A DNA stretch of 64,000 nt. It comes from Alphaproteobacteria bacterium. GTDB taxonomy: Bacteria; Pseudomonadota; Alphaproteobacteria; Micavibrionales; UBA2020. Below are positions 1 through 9,903 of the stretch, in pieces; position 1 is the first letter of the stretch; each line of letters starts with the position of its first letter. The notes beneath the pieces were generated by a model. The model worked only from the letters and a program-made list of their open reading frames with translations, did no database searches and was not told where the DNA came from. Position numbers and translations under genes: made by a program. The stretch covers positions 222,226 to 286,225 of the forward strand of contig JAIXUW010000292.1 in assembly GCA_027483355.1 (NCBI GenBank). The letters are read 5' to 3'.

Positions 1-135
1 TTTGGGCTGCAGAACTCTGCCGCGTTTGCTGCTTACCTCATCTCGATTCAAATCTTCTTGGATCACTGTGGCGTCGAAAGAACCAAACTAGAAGAGATAG
101 AAGTAGACACCAACGCTAGTTGCGAAGACAACTAG
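1..135 (+). CDS. 3' end of a gene truncated by the window edge (44 codons + stop)
   Basis: Frame 1 is open from base 1 to TAG at 133-135 (FGLQNSAAFAAYLISIQIFLDHCGVERTKLEEIEVDTNASCEDN*). It converges on the minus-strand gene ending at 132, and the two stop codons share the palindrome CTAG. No motif recognised. Confidence 0.3.
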   Translation, partial: FGLQNSAAFAAYLISIQIFLDHCGVERTKLEEIEVDTNASCEDN

Positions 136-623
136 TTTGCGCTCTGCTCCGACGACTGTTGTTCGTCGCCTGCGCCCGCGCTTGCACTTGTATCCGCATT
201 TGCATTTGTATCTGTAGTATCGAGTCTGCGAACCATTAAAGTGCCCGCGTAGTTAAAATTCTCCTCGGGAAGTTGACGATAGACCTCAATGTCGTCTATC
301 TTGCACTGAATTTGAAAATCATGCTCCTCCATCTTTGTGAGAATCATTTCTCTGGCTTTGTCCCAATCTTTGAACTGTCCTTCAACGGAGGTGCCGGTAG
401 TGGAGAAAATGTGCACATAAATGTACTCGCCGACGTAATCTTTGTCGTCCAAGTAGACACAACTGTAGCCATATTCTTCCATGGCGTCGTCGATAGCTTG
501 GTGCATATTAAACTCGTCCACGCCCTTGAAGATTTTCACCGACCCGAACCCGCCTCCGCAGTCGAGTGGATAACGCGAGTCCTTACACAGACGTTCTGTG
601 ACGTATTTGGGGTTGGAGGACAT
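132..623 (-). CDS. hypothetical protein (163 aa from first ATG)
   Basis: ORF 132..653. The codon at 651-653 is TTG and the first ATG is at 623 (MSSNPKYVTERL...). Thr/Asp/Ser/Ala-rich C-terminal tail. No recognisable motif. Confidence 0.55.
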   Translation of the reverse strand: MSSNPKYVTERLCKDSRYPLDCGGGFGSVKIFKGVDEFNMHQAIDDAMEEYGYSCVYLDDKDYVGEYIYVHIFSTTGTSVEGQFKDWDKAREMILTKMEEHDFQIQCKIDDIEVYRQLPEENFNYAGTLMVRRLDTTDTNANADTSASAGAGDEQQSSEQSAN

Positions 624-683
624 GATTCGCGAGATAAATTGTGAACGCTGCAAGCCTGCGCGAATTCTGACACCGTTGGTTTT

Positions 684-1190
684 TTAAGTGGGGGATTTAC
701 AGGTCCATTTAACACACGTTACTTTATGCACAAAATCCATTTCGTTGAATGTTTCAATAACAATTTTCATTTCTTCACGGGTCCATTTGTTGTCCGGGCT
801 ATGGCTCTCGAAACTCAACACCAGTGGGCGTTTTGGTCCCTTGAAGCGAGGTCTTCCTCGTAAAGCTTCCCATCCTTCTTCGAGTACCGTGTCTGGATCA
901 TTGCGAAATCCGCTCAACGGGTCATTCTTGTCAACGATTTGCGGCCAGTCCTTGGGGAAATCAAATCTAAGCAGTTTTTCCCGCCCATCAGACTTTTCAA
1001 AATCAGGCGCTTTTTCTCCATCCTTGAAAACAGAAATTCCGCCTTCGCATCGCGCAAGAGGTTCAAATCTAATTCCTTTTGGCGCCTTCTCGTTTAGACG
1101 GGCAAAAAACTTTATCATGTCACCCTTACGCGGTGGGTTTAGATGAGAAAAATACACTTTTCCATTTTTCGCGTATGAATAGCCACTCAT
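684..1190 (-). CDS. hypothetical protein (168 aa from first ATG)
   Basis: ORF 684..1241 starts on TTG; the first ATG is at 1190 (MSGYSYAKNGKVYF...). Co-oriented and tightly packed with its neighbours. No motif recognised. Confidence 0.55.
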   Translation of the reverse strand: MSGYSYAKNGKVYFSHLNPPRKGDMIKFFARLNEKAPKGIRFEPLARCEGGISVFKDGEKAPDFEKSDGREKLLRFDFPKDWPQIVDKNDPLSGFRNDPDTVLEEGWEALRGRPRFKGPKRPLVLSFESHSPDNKWTREEMKIVIETFNEMDFVHKVTCVKWTCKSPT

Positions 1191-1272
1191 TGTTAGCTGC
1201 GGAGGCTTGGAGCTTGCACTGACCTTATTTATATACAACAAAGTGACGTCTGTAAGGAAATTTTATATTTAT

Positions 1273-2523
1273 TCACTCCATCAACCTTTTCTTAATTGCC
1301 TCGATCTTCTGCCTGCACTCTTGCAATTCGCGATTCGACGGCTCGGGCGTTCTATCGCCGTACTTGTGCTTGTTCTTCTTGAGCCACCTCCCCTTCCCCA
1401 TCGGATGCTTGTCAAGCCCCGTTCTGGCATACACTGAGATATTGATCAATCGTTGAATATGATCCTTGCTCCAGGCGACCGCGGGCAATTGCGGATAATC
1501 GCACTCTCGCTTTACTTTGGGGGTTTTCAAGTCCCAATTCCACCATCCGTAGTCGTCCGGGTCTAGACCGTAAATCGTAGGCTTGTCCGAGCGTACAGGC
1601 AGACCAGGGTACAGCATTCGGAGTTCTTTGTTCAATTCTGAAGACGCATGCGAACTCAGCGTGATCGCGCAAACAGCGCATCGATGAGGCTTGACAGGAT
1701 TGACCGGGCCGAGTTCCTGCTCTTCGGCGTACCACACGCTTTTGATGAGAGATCCAAACCGGTTTCCCTTAATGTCATAATGAACAATGTCCTCGAATGC
1801 CAGTGCGTGCGAGTCGTCAGCGCCCACGTCGAGAGCGACATGACGAAGTGCCAATTCGTTCTCGGGCTCGTGGTGGCGTGTACTAACCAGATTCCACAAA
1901 GAGTATATATCCTCGTCAATGTCAGAGAGCCTGTACTGGAACCATTTGGCAAACTTGGGTCGCTGGTCCATGTAGAAATGGTGCTCGTTTTCGAGGCGGC
2001 TTCCGGCGGGCAGGAAATACGAATGATTGCACGTAGGAAAATGAACCATGATATTGGACAAGTTGGTTTTGCCCAAAAGCTGGTGTAGAGAAGCATCCCA
2101 GGCCGGAGCCCAGTCAAAGGGCGTGATAAAGCTCTCGTCAGGCGACAAATCGCGATTTAGGATTTTGGACACCACATATGACTTTTTGAAATACTCAGTG
2201 TAGTCTGCGTCAATACGCAAAGATATTTCGCGGTCCTGTACACGCCAGACATGGTATTTTTCAATGTACTCGGACTCGAGTGTTTCTTCTTTAGCTTCAA
2301 GTGCTTTCAATTCTTCTTGAAGCTCGTTGCGAGCTTTTTGCTTGATTGTAGGCGCAGTCGGCGTGACTGTAACCCGACCATGTGCAGGGCTATCGGCTGC
2401 CGCACTCGAAGACTCTTGCTGTGGATAAAGAAGAGCGCGAATACTCGACTCTTGTACAATCGGGAATTTGCATTCCAAAGGTATCCAGCGACGCTTCTTG
2501 CGCGGCTTTTGAACGGGCTCCAT
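1273..2523 (-). CDS. hypothetical protein with N-terminal basic NLS-like patch
   Basis: 416-aa ATG-initiated ORF (MEPVQKPRKKRRW...). Contains a coiled-coil-like KARNELQEELKALEAKEETLESEY segment. The internal ORFs on both strands are shorter and compositionally odd. Confidence 0.7.
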   Translation of the reverse strand: MEPVQKPRKKRRWIPLECKFPIVQESSIRALLYPQQESSSAAADSPAHGRVTVTPTAPTIKQKARNELQEELKALEAKEETLESEYIEKYHVWRVQDREISLRIDADYTEYFKKSYVVSKILNRDLSPDESFITPFDWAPAWDASLHQLLGKTNLSNIMVHFPTCNHSYFLPAGSRLENEHHFYMDQRPKFAKWFQYRLSDIDEDIYSLWNLVSTRHHEPENELALRHVALDVGADDSHALAFEDIVHYDIKGNRFGSLIKSVWYAEEQELGPVNPVKPHRCAVCAITLSSHASSELNKELRMLYPGLPVRSDKPTIYGLDPDDYGWWNWDLKTPKVKRECDYPQLPAVAWSKDHIQRLINISVYARTGLDKHPMGKGRWLKKNKHKYGDRTPEPSNRELQECRQKIEAIKKRLME

Positions 2524-2577
2524 TCTAGTCTTCCGTACGTGGCCGGGATATAAGGACTAACTAGAGTAAAAAAGTGT

Positions 2578-3426
2578 TTAATTCAACTTGACACGTTTGT
2601 TCGGACTGAAGTCCGGGGTAGTGTACAAAGCGGGCTGTTGGCCAACGAAAACAGGGGAGGACTCTTCTAGGAATTCTTTTATCTTCTGATCTGGTATAAA
2701 TGTTAACAATTCCACAGGCTCTTGCGTGCTAATCAAAGGAGACTGTTTTTCATTATGTATGATAAACCGCGATCCGCAGTGCCAGAGGAGAGATTTTTCC
2801 AACTCGGCCCAGCCACAGTCGGGATTCTTATACACAAATTCCTCTACTATACACGAGTAGTTGTATATATACGCCTGTGTCTTGCAACATGCATTAACTA
2901 CCAGCCGTGTGATTTTGACCATGTCATCGACGTCGACGTAGTAAAATTCGCGGGTGTACACACCCGCTCTCAAAAATGAATATAAAATTACTGGAGTGAT
3001 TTTTGCTGGCGCTTCAGAGTCCAATCCAAAATATAAAGTATGAAGACGCGAGCGGATTTTTGGAGCCAATTCGATGATTTTGGCAGCAGCCAGACAAAAC
3101 AGAGACTTTTCTGTTCTGGGTTCTAATATATCCAAAAATCTCTTTGCGTTCATTATACCGGCTGTAAAAGCTAGAACATGCCTGTAAAATCCAATTGTGT
3201 TTGTAGGATACGACGCGCCTATAGGCGCGGCTACGATTCCTCTTGACCCTTTTAAAGTCAAAGTTTTTGTTTCTCCGTTTTTTTCTTTCTTGACAATGTC
3301 AATGCTTGTAAAACGTGCAGTAGTTACATCCGAATACTTGGTGCGAGGAAACGCTTTTAGTAAGCCGTCCTGCAACGGTTCTGACAACGAGTCCCACTCC
3401 AAGTTCTCTAATTCAGAAATCGACAT
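2578..3426 (-). CDS. hypothetical protein, tandem paralog A (F-box-like N-terminus)
   Basis: 282-aa ATG ORF. The N-terminus LEWDSLSEPLQDGLLKAFPRTKYSDV aligns with LTWDTLPLVVQEVVFDVISRTEYSDI of the next gene (shared W-D-x-L ... R-T-x-Y-S-D). Confidence 0.65.
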   Translation of the reverse strand: MSISELENLEWDSLSEPLQDGLLKAFPRTKYSDVTTARFTSIDIVKKEKNGETKTLTLKGSRGIVAAPIGASYPTNTIGFYRHVLAFTAGIMNAKRFLDILEPRTEKSLFCLAAAKIIELAPKIRSRLHTLYFGLDSEAPAKITPVILYSFLRAGVYTREFYYVDVDDMVKITRLVVNACCKTQAYIYNYSCIVEEFVYKNPDCGWAELEKSLLWHCGSRFIIHNEKQSPLISTQEPVELLTFIPDQKIKEFLEESSPVFVGQQPALYTTPDFSPNKRVKLN

Positions 3427-3448
3427 TTGAGTTTATGCACACGCAAAT

Positions 3449-4348
3449 CTATGACAGCTTGCACCGTTTGGACCCTTGGACGACTGTTCTGGCGAGCAAC
3501 GCGTCGGCCTCTTCAATTTCGGCGGTTGTGGGGTACTGTAAATACGGCGCCATATTACTGCACCGCGAGCTGCACGTCTGCGTATATGTGCTGTGATTAT
3601 ACGTCATCTTGGAAATATGAACTTTGCGGCATCTGCGGAAGAGATCTTGAACGTCAGGCGGGTCAAAGGCGGCGACCGGGTCCACTGGGTCCCAACCCTT
3701 GATATAAACATCTTCGAAATGGGGCTCGGGGTCGTTCCACGACGTCATAACGAAACGGGCCTCGTAGTCATTCGGTCCTATGTCTTTATAGAGCATCTGA
3801 GCAAATCGAAAAAGGTCGTCTATTGCGCTGTAGTAGAACCCCACTTTTGCGTTGAAGTAGCCCGCAAAAGTGCATTCGCCGAGGTAAAGATCATTTTTCA
3901 ATCCTCGGACTTCAAAAAAGGATGAGATGGCGCTTTGGCGAAACCGGGAATTGTTCTTGAGCACGTGCAACGCGGCCAGGTCGCACAAAGACGGAACGTT
4001 GGCAGTTGCCTTGGACGCGTCAAATCGAGCTGGGTGATAAAAATAACTATACCCAGCCGAGTTTTGTTGAGAGAAACTGGGCAGAGCTTGAAACAAGGTA
4101 TTGTTTTCCTTAATGACAAAAGTGTCATTCTTTTTGCAATGGCTGATGATTAGATGCACAGGAAAAAGTATATATGACGTCAAGGAAGGGCATGGCGGGC
4201 TTGTGTCGTTTACACCTAGCCAATCGCCATACCATTTCAACCTCTGCACCGCAATGTCGCTGTACTCGGTGCGCGAAATGACGTCAAACACGACTTCTTG
4301 TACAACAAGAGGGAGAGTATCCCATGTCAACTTGGGTGTATTATCCAT
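3449..4348 (-). CDS. hypothetical protein, tandem paralog B (F-box-like N-terminus)
   Basis: 299-aa ATG ORF. LPLVVQEVVFDVISRTEYSDIAVQRLKW resembles an F-box (LP..i...If..l......l..v.k.W). Paralog of 2578..3426. Confidence 0.65.
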   Translation of the reverse strand: MDNTPKLTWDTLPLVVQEVVFDVISRTEYSDIAVQRLKWYGDWLGVNDTSPPCPSLTSYILFPVHLIISHCKKNDTFVIKENNTLFQALPSFSQQNSAGYSYFYHPARFDASKATANVPSLCDLAALHVLKNNSRFRQSAISSFFEVRGLKNDLYLGECTFAGYFNAKVGFYYSAIDDLFRFAQMLYKDIGPNDYEARFVMTSWNDPEPHFEDVYIKGWDPVDPVAAFDPPDVQDLFRRCRKVHISKMTYNHSTYTQTCSSRCSNMAPYLQYPTTAEIEEADALLARTVVQGSKRCKLS

Positions 4349-4504
4349 GGCATTGTTCAGTGAAAGTAGTGCATATCAAATTAAAACAACCAACGAGACG
4401 CGACCCCCCGCCTCTCCTTTTTGGCAACTTTTGCTTCCAAGCCCGTAATCGGTTCAGTGAAAAAATCAAGCCGCTGCGTAAAATCATTCAACGCTGTTTC
4501 AGTC

Positions 4505-5755
4505 ATGTCAATCATTGCTACCGCTATAGACCCAAGGCTTGTAGTCAATTTTTTCATCCTTTGTGGCCAGGTTTTAGAATATTGGATCCTCATGATCTTC
4601 TTCATCTCTTTTCCTTGTGCAATCGTGTTTGGAGCTATCCAATACATCATCGTCCCGTATTTCAAGGCCCTATTCTATATGATGTACAAGCAACACGGGA
4701 TGTTTCTTGTTTACATCCACAAGGCGACCCAATGGCGGCTGCTGCTCCCTGTAATCAACTTTTTGGACAAGAAAGCTTGTGCCATGGAATCCGACGCGGT
4801 GTTCAACAATTTTATCTTCAGATGCTTCACCAAGGCAGCGACGTACAGTTGCTACGCGTTTTGCGACACGGCGTACCGCGTTGTCAAGTTTTTCTCCCTC
4901 AAATCCACATCCGAGCCCGCTATGTCCGCCGAACGGATTGCCGAGTTAACAAATGTTGACTATTGGCTCTGCATACATAAGGACGAAAGAGTGGCTCAAT
5001 CCGAAGCGCTCAAGAACGCAAGAAAAAGAGAAAAAGTCGCCCGCATGGAACACGCGGCCCATTTTGTGGACTCGCATATGGAAAACGTGGAACTTCAGCA
5101 AGTCAACGAGGATTTTCAAAGAATGTTGCGCGCGAATGCATCGGCGTTACCCGCCGGCATCAATCCCTCGGATTTAAGCCTGCGGCCCATTTCCGATTTG
5201 GACGGAAAGTCGGTTCTCATGAATCCAAAAATGAGACAAAAGATTCTCGGCGAAGGACTGCCTGACTTTGTACCAACGCACACCAGTTCCAGTTCCAGTT
5301 CCGGCGGACACACTGCGAACATCCCAGTACTGCAGGCTACTTCAGGTTCAAGCGCAGGCTTTGTTCAAGAATCCGCCTCAAAGGCGCCCGTGGAACCCGT
5401 GCAAGTTGAACGGTCTTCCGCTGACAATGCTTCCGAAAAGCCAGGTTTAGCTCCTACTGCGTCAAGAATCACGCGCATTGGAAACACTCGCTATTATTCG
5501 TTCACTAGTCCCGATGGAGAATATTCTTATTATCTCAGTGAACCCAAGCCATTGTCTAAAACTGCGTCCGAGTCGTCGTCAACTGCACCACAGAAAGACG
5601 CATCATCGGTTTACATTGATACTTTGACAGCCAAAAAGATTGAGGCCGAGCGAGATCCTGTCCGCGACGAGGAGTATATCCAGACTCTCAAGGAAGCAAT
5701 TCTGCAAATGGAGAAGCTTCGTGAAATGAACGCCTCCGTTTCGACTGTGGATTGA
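4505..5755 (+). CDS. membrane-associated Ser-rich protein
   Basis: ORF 4421..5755 (444 aa) begins on TTG; the first ATG is at 4505. Hydrophobic N-terminal segments (ILMIFFISFPCAIVFGAIQYIIVPYF), then a Ser/Pro-rich low-complexity region and a C-terminal coiled-coil-like tail. The start is uncertain, but the long open frame argues the whole ORF is coding. Confidence 0.6.
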   Translation: MSIIATAIDPRLVVNFFILCGQVLEYWILMIFFISFPCAIVFGAIQYIIVPYFKALFYMMYKQHGMFLVYIHKATQWRLLLPVINFLDKKACAMESDAVFNNFIFRCFTKAATYSCYAFCDTAYRVVKFFSLKSTSEPAMSAERIAELTNVDYWLCIHKDERVAQSEALKNARKREKVARMEHAAHFVDSHMENVELQQVNEDFQRMLRANASALPAGINPSDLSLRPISDLDGKSVLMNPKMRQKILGEGLPDFVPTHTSSSSSSGGHTANIPVLQATSGSSAGFVQESASKAPVEPVQVERSSADNASEKPGLAPTASRITRIGNTRYYSFTSPDGEYSYYLSEPKPLSKTASESSSTAPQKDASSVYIDTLTAKKIEAERDPVRDEEYIQTLKEAILQMEKLREMNASVSTVD

Positions 5756-5815
5756 AATCAAACACTTGATTGTACACTGTTCTTCCTTTATACATATACA
5801 AATACAAATACAGTC

Positions 5816-6445
5816 TCATTGCGTAATCCGCTCAGATTTACTACGCTTAATCTTGTCGCACAAAAGCAAATACTCTTGTTCTCCGGCTCGAGACTCAAAT
5901 AATTGAGCTAGACCATATTTCACAAGAAGTTCGCCAACGCGAGGGCATGTTGAAAACAGGCACAGTGCGTGCATGACTTCCTTGTCGCTATTCTTCATAA
6001 AAAGATCGAAAAAGAAGTATTCGATGCAATTCCTCAATGTCAATTCAGATGCGTGAACAGTTTTCTGTTTCAGAAGGTAGGAGGCAAACTTTTTGCCCGT
6101 TCGTCTAACCTTCTGTGCGTCGTAGTCCACTTCCGTAAATAGAACGACCTCGCCTCTCAAACTTAGTGTGAGCAATTTCATATGCAATAGCAAATTCAGC
6201 GCCTTGTTTACAGACACCCTGACGCTGAGCATCGAATCGTCGCTGGGCTCGAAAAGCGCGCACAACTCGTCGTCTGTAAACGTAGTTTTGTTGTTATTCT
6301 CAGATTGAAGAGTGTCGCGAACGTGGCTGTAAATCGTGGCTGCGTCCATAATATAATACGGCATGCGCCAAAAGACCTGCGTCGAGCTAGGGCAAAGCTT
6401 TGAAGCTTCTTCGGCAGTTGTCAGGTCGCGCTTCACGGTGCGCAT
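5816..6445 (-). CDS. hypothetical protein (209 aa)
   Basis: ATG-initiated ORF (MRTVKRDLTTAEEASK...). Diverges from the plus-strand gene starting at 6616. No motif recognised. Confidence 0.55.
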   Translation of the reverse strand: MRTVKRDLTTAEEASKLCPSSTQVFWRMPYYIMDAATIYSHVRDTLQSENNNKTTFTDDELCALFEPSDDSMLSVRVSVNKALNLLLHMKLLTLSLRGEVVLFTEVDYDAQKVRRTGKKFASYLLKQKTVHASELTLRNCIEYFFFDLFMKNSDKEVMHALCLFSTCPRVGELLVKYGLAQLFESRAGEQEYLLLCDKIKRSKSERITQ

Positions 6446-6615
6446 TTTTTCGGCGACACTTGATTTCGAAGAATCTGAAAAAAGGTAAAAGGGTTTTTGG
6501 AAATTCGAGGAATTTGTGGTCGTTTTACGCCCCGCCCCCTTCCCACAACATTCGACAAATCTTCGCGCCGAACGCCGCGTATTTCATTTCTTTGGGAGCT
6601 CTCTATATAAGCACA

Positions 6616-7689
6616 ATGGAACCACATAGATGTACAATAGAGCTACCAGACGACATTATATGCTTATGCATCTCGTATTCGACAATACCGTGGCTACGGC
6701 ACCTGCTTTCCAATCACACGAAGCGCATAATCGCCGCGAGCCCTAGGGAAAATGCAGATATGCATCTTTTTCCAAAATTGACACCGCTACGAGACGGAAT
6801 GGAGATTTTACAATCGGGCTCGGGATGGGAAAATGTTTATCTCAACTTTTTGGAGCCACCCGAGCGAATGGTTTTTATGGACATGGAAAATGAGATCTGG
6901 GCAAACATTATTTGGAACGCGGTTGAAAAAATGGCCATTGATTATTCTTCAACTCGAAACGAAAAAATGTTCAGACGGACAGCGCGGTTACATCTTCCCA
7001 CTTTCATGTCGTGTATGGCGCCAAAGCATGTCCAGGCTATAAGCAATGTATTTACAAACATCAGATATCTGACGATAAATGCGAAAGCAACCGCTTCGAG
7101 CATGGACAAACTGTGCCTGAACCATCTAAAACAGATTTGCATTTACGGCAAATGTCGTCAAGCGCCGCTGACAGGCTTTGATCCTCAGCTGCTTCCTTTA
7201 CTGGATTCGGTCAGACTGGACACATCTAACAGTTTGCAGAGCCTTCTCACGTTGTTCGCACACACAGGAGCGCGTATCTTTCATCTCGAACTGCATACGT
7301 ATACGGCCACGTCATGCATCAAAGAAACATTTCCAAATCTGCACACTCTGAGTTTGCATGAAATTTCTTCCAAAACTGACGAACTCGGCCTAAGATGCCA
7401 GATTATACTTCCAGTCATCGCCGTTTTTATACATTGTCCAAAACGCGAACTTGGGTTTAAAGTCCCGCTAAAACTTTTGCCCGGCGAAACAAAGGTCCAA
7501 AAACTACGAATTGTGGACAACGGGCATGAACATTCATGGGACGTTCACGAAGACAAGTTTGCGTCTTTCTTTCTTGGATGCGAACTGTTCTTCATAGCTT
7601 CAGCCGATATACGACCGGAAGAATACAAGAATATCGAAGAAGCCGCAAAGAGAACCGGCCGGACTGTGCATTTCATCTCGACCCCCTAA
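6616..7689 (+). CDS. F-box-like protein with leucine-rich C-terminal region
   Basis: ORF 6400..7689 overlaps the upstream divergent gene. An internal ATG at 6616 gives MEPHRCTIELPDDIICLCISYSTIPWLRHL (F-box-like). TATATAAG lies directly upstream (ctctatataagcacaATG). The remainder is leucine-rich (LxxLxL-like). Confidence 0.65.
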   Translation: MEPHRCTIELPDDIICLCISYSTIPWLRHLLSNHTKRIIAASPRENADMHLFPKLTPLRDGMEILQSGSGWENVYLNFLEPPERMVFMDMENEIWANIIWNAVEKMAIDYSSTRNEKMFRRTARLHLPTFMSCMAPKHVQAISNVFTNIRYLTINAKATASSMDKLCLNHLKQICIYGKCRQAPLTGFDPQLLPLLDSVRLDTSNSLQSLLTLFAHTGARIFHLELHTYTATSCIKETFPNLHTLSLHEISSKTDELGLRCQIILPVIAVFIHCPKRELGFKVPLKLLPGETKVQKLRIVDNGHEHSWDVHEDKFASFFLGCELFFIASADIRPEEYKNIEEAAKRTGRTVHFISTP

Positions 7690-7765
7690 AACTTTTTTTT
7701 CTGTAGAACCCCAATTTGCACTTGTAAACTTTTCATTCCACATTGTATCAATATACATACGCAAC

Positions 7766-8316
7766 ATGGAAATTGTAGACTCTAACCCTGAATGCGCCGC
7801 CGAGCCCGATCTCGCCATTACAACGGGCAATCCCTTCACGTTGCTTCCCGAGATTCGAGACAATTTGCTCAGTATTCTAATAGAGCAAGGATACTGCGAC
7901 ATTGCCAAACGCTTGTCGTTTATACTACGCCAGACCGAAAAGGAGTGGAATGTTTTGCAGAAAAAGCTCAATCGGCCACTTGTAAAACATTCAACCAGCC
8001 TCTAGAAAAATGGACGCCGAGTCCATCGTCGGCAAAAAGATGTATGTTCTCCGAAACCGAGTCTTTCAACCAAGATTTAAGTACATGGAACTGCGCTGAC
8101 ACAACGGGACAAGATATGGTTTACAACGCTTCGTCTTTTTCTTGCGAACATCTGCCCAGGCTCATTGGAATAGGTTGCCAATGCAAATTTGAAAATGACA
8201 TTCGCGTTTTTGTATGCGAGTACTGCAAATTGCATTTTGGGTGCGTCGGTACACCCCCTGAAACCGAGATTCCGCGTAGAACTGGACGTGTTTGGCGGCG
8301 AGCCCAACCACAATAG
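7766..8316 (+). pseudogene. F-box-like + DUF285-like (FNQxLxxW repeat) gene disrupted by a -1 frame change
   Basis: Frame A (7766..8005) encodes a good F-box (LLPEIRDNLLSILIEQGYCDIAKRLSFILRQTEKEWNVL). Frame B (open to 8316) continues with FAEKAQSATCKTFNQPLEKW...MFSETESFNQDLSTW, the repeat typical of DUF285/BspA-like proteins. The frames switch at or near the A5 run 7961-7965. I found no GT-AG interval of compatible phase. Confidence 0.5.
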
Positions 8317-8347
8317 AAAAAAATAGTCAAAGGTTGGACATTGAGCT

Positions 8348-8921
8348 ATGGAGCCCTCTTCGAATATAAGGCCTCACAGCGATTTGAGCGTTAAAATTAC
8401 TCCAGTTGCAGGCCCTCGCTTTATCTACGTTACAGGCCCCAGACGATGCGGCAAATCGAGTCTAGTGTCATTTTACTTGGACGCTCAAAAACGCAAAGCG
8501 TATCATTACCAAGCTCTCTGGCGTTCTTACGCAAAAGAGACAGACGTCATCGTCGACGGCACCAGAAGAAACATTATTAAGCTTTGGTATGACTCTGACT
8601 CCGATACAAGTTTATTGTCAGAATTCCGAGCGAAGTAGAGCGCGTGTGGATTGTAGGACGCGAACCCCGTTCTTTGCACGAGCGGCTAGAGCGGAAATTC
8701 CCAAACGAGATTGGGCGACCGCGGGCATGTCCATAGAAAGATTTGATCTTTCGCTCAATCTCTGGGATCCTGAAACAAAAGGATACAACGTCGATAAACT
8801 GCCGTGGGACCTTAAAGCGTCACCCGAGACCCTGTGGCCTGTTCTTCAGCGCCATGTGGACTTGGAAACCATGGTTCGCGATCTAGACAAAGAAGATACA
8901 TGTAAAGTGGCATCTGAATAA
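8348..8921 (+). pseudogene. decayed tandem copy of the P-loop NTPase gene at 9045..9635
   Basis: Three frames in succession align to the intact paralog. They are MEPS...GPRFIYVTGPRRCGKSSLV (frame of 8348), RIPSEVERVWIVG (second frame, about 8620-8666) and IPKRDWATAG...YNVDKLPWDLKASPETLWPVLQRHVDLETM (frame of 8589). This implies two -1 shifts, near 8618-8620 and at the C4 run 8665-8668. Confidence 0.6.
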
Positions 8922-9044
8922 ATACAAGCCGTCAATTCATCGTGTAAATCTGTGCAATTAAGACCCCCTCATTCTTACCGCAGCCATTGCTTTACTTTCA
9001 CGTGCAAATCCTTGCAATCAGTCAAAAATCACGCGCCAAGTCAC

Positions 9045-9635
9045 ATGGAGCCATCTCTCGATAATTCTACTCCTTCCTCAAATGCAAAGCCTCCGGCCAA
9101 AGTGGCGTCTGCGCCCGGCCCTCGGTTCATCTTCCTCTACGGTCCCACGGGCTCTGGAAAGACCCGCCTCGTCGAATCGTATTTGAAATACCACAAAAGG
9201 AGCTTTATAAAGCTGGACACAAATTGGTTCAGGTACGACAAAGAGACCGACGTCATTTGCGAACGCACTGCAAAGGCCCCGATTACTTTGTCGTACGATC
9301 CAAAGGGAAACATGATCCACTATCGAGCAAGCATAAAAATACCGGAAACGGTTCAGCGTGTGTGGGTTATTGCGTCCGTCTTCAATTTTCGGTCGTTCAA
9401 GGCCTCTGATTTTGCACCACGCGATTGGTCTACTCCCGGCTCATCTGTAGAGCTCTTCCAAGTCGATTTTGACATTTGGAATCATGGAAAGCAGCGCTAC
9501 AATTTCGACAAACTGCCCTGGGACGTCAAGAAGTCGCCCGACACTCTGTGGCCCGTTATCGTCACGCATGTCGATTTGGAAACCATGTTCAAGGCGTGCG
9601 AGGACGAACAAGAAAAATTTGTTGATACTATGTAA
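9045..9635 (+). CDS. P-loop NTPase (Walker A GPTGSGKT), family undetermined
   Basis: ORF 8952..9635; the ATG at 9045 gives MEPSLD..., matching the MEPS start of the upstream copy. Walker A in FIFLYGPTGSGKTRLV. The later VWVIAS...PRDW layout is faintly reminiscent of SF3-type viral helicase domains, but no clear Walker B DD/DE is present. Confidence 0.7.
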   Translation: MEPSLDNSTPSSNAKPPAKVASAPGPRFIFLYGPTGSGKTRLVESYLKYHKRSFIKLDTNWFRYDKETDVICERTAKAPITLSYDPKGNMIHYRASIKIPETVQRVWVIASVFNFRSFKASDFAPRDWSTPGSSVELFQVDFDIWNHGKQRYNFDKLPWDVKKSPDTLWPVIVTHVDLETMFKACEDEQEKFVDTM

Positions 9636-9903
9636 ATACACCTTGTTTATTTCAAGGATGCGTGGCCCAGGACATTGGCAAACACACTTTTTTGTACATA
9701 AAACGATCCAACCGACCTCCGTATGTAAGAATTGCAATATACCACACTGAGATAATAAGCCTCTCTATGGCGATGTAAATCCAAATACGCGCGCGAAAAA
9801 ACTTTTACTGTTGGCTGAGCCCCCTTTATTTCTTCATTTCGCTCGCTTATCTGCTCGCTTCGAACTAATTTGTATTGGTTTTTACGGTACACCGCCTCAA
9901 AAA

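Noticed and set aside
4381-4665. 94-aa minus-strand ORF upstream of the 4505..5755 gene
   Set aside because: It is hydrophilic and not implausible. However, it lies wholly inside a 444-codon open plus-strand frame whose length is very unlikely by chance, so it is kept as an unresolved alternative rather than a call.
7918-7960. 43-nt GT...CAG interval as a possible intron repairing the F-box/DUF285 frame change
   Set aside because: The length gives the wrong phase (43 mod 3 = 1, while 2 is required). It would also delete the conserved end of the F-box (KEW).
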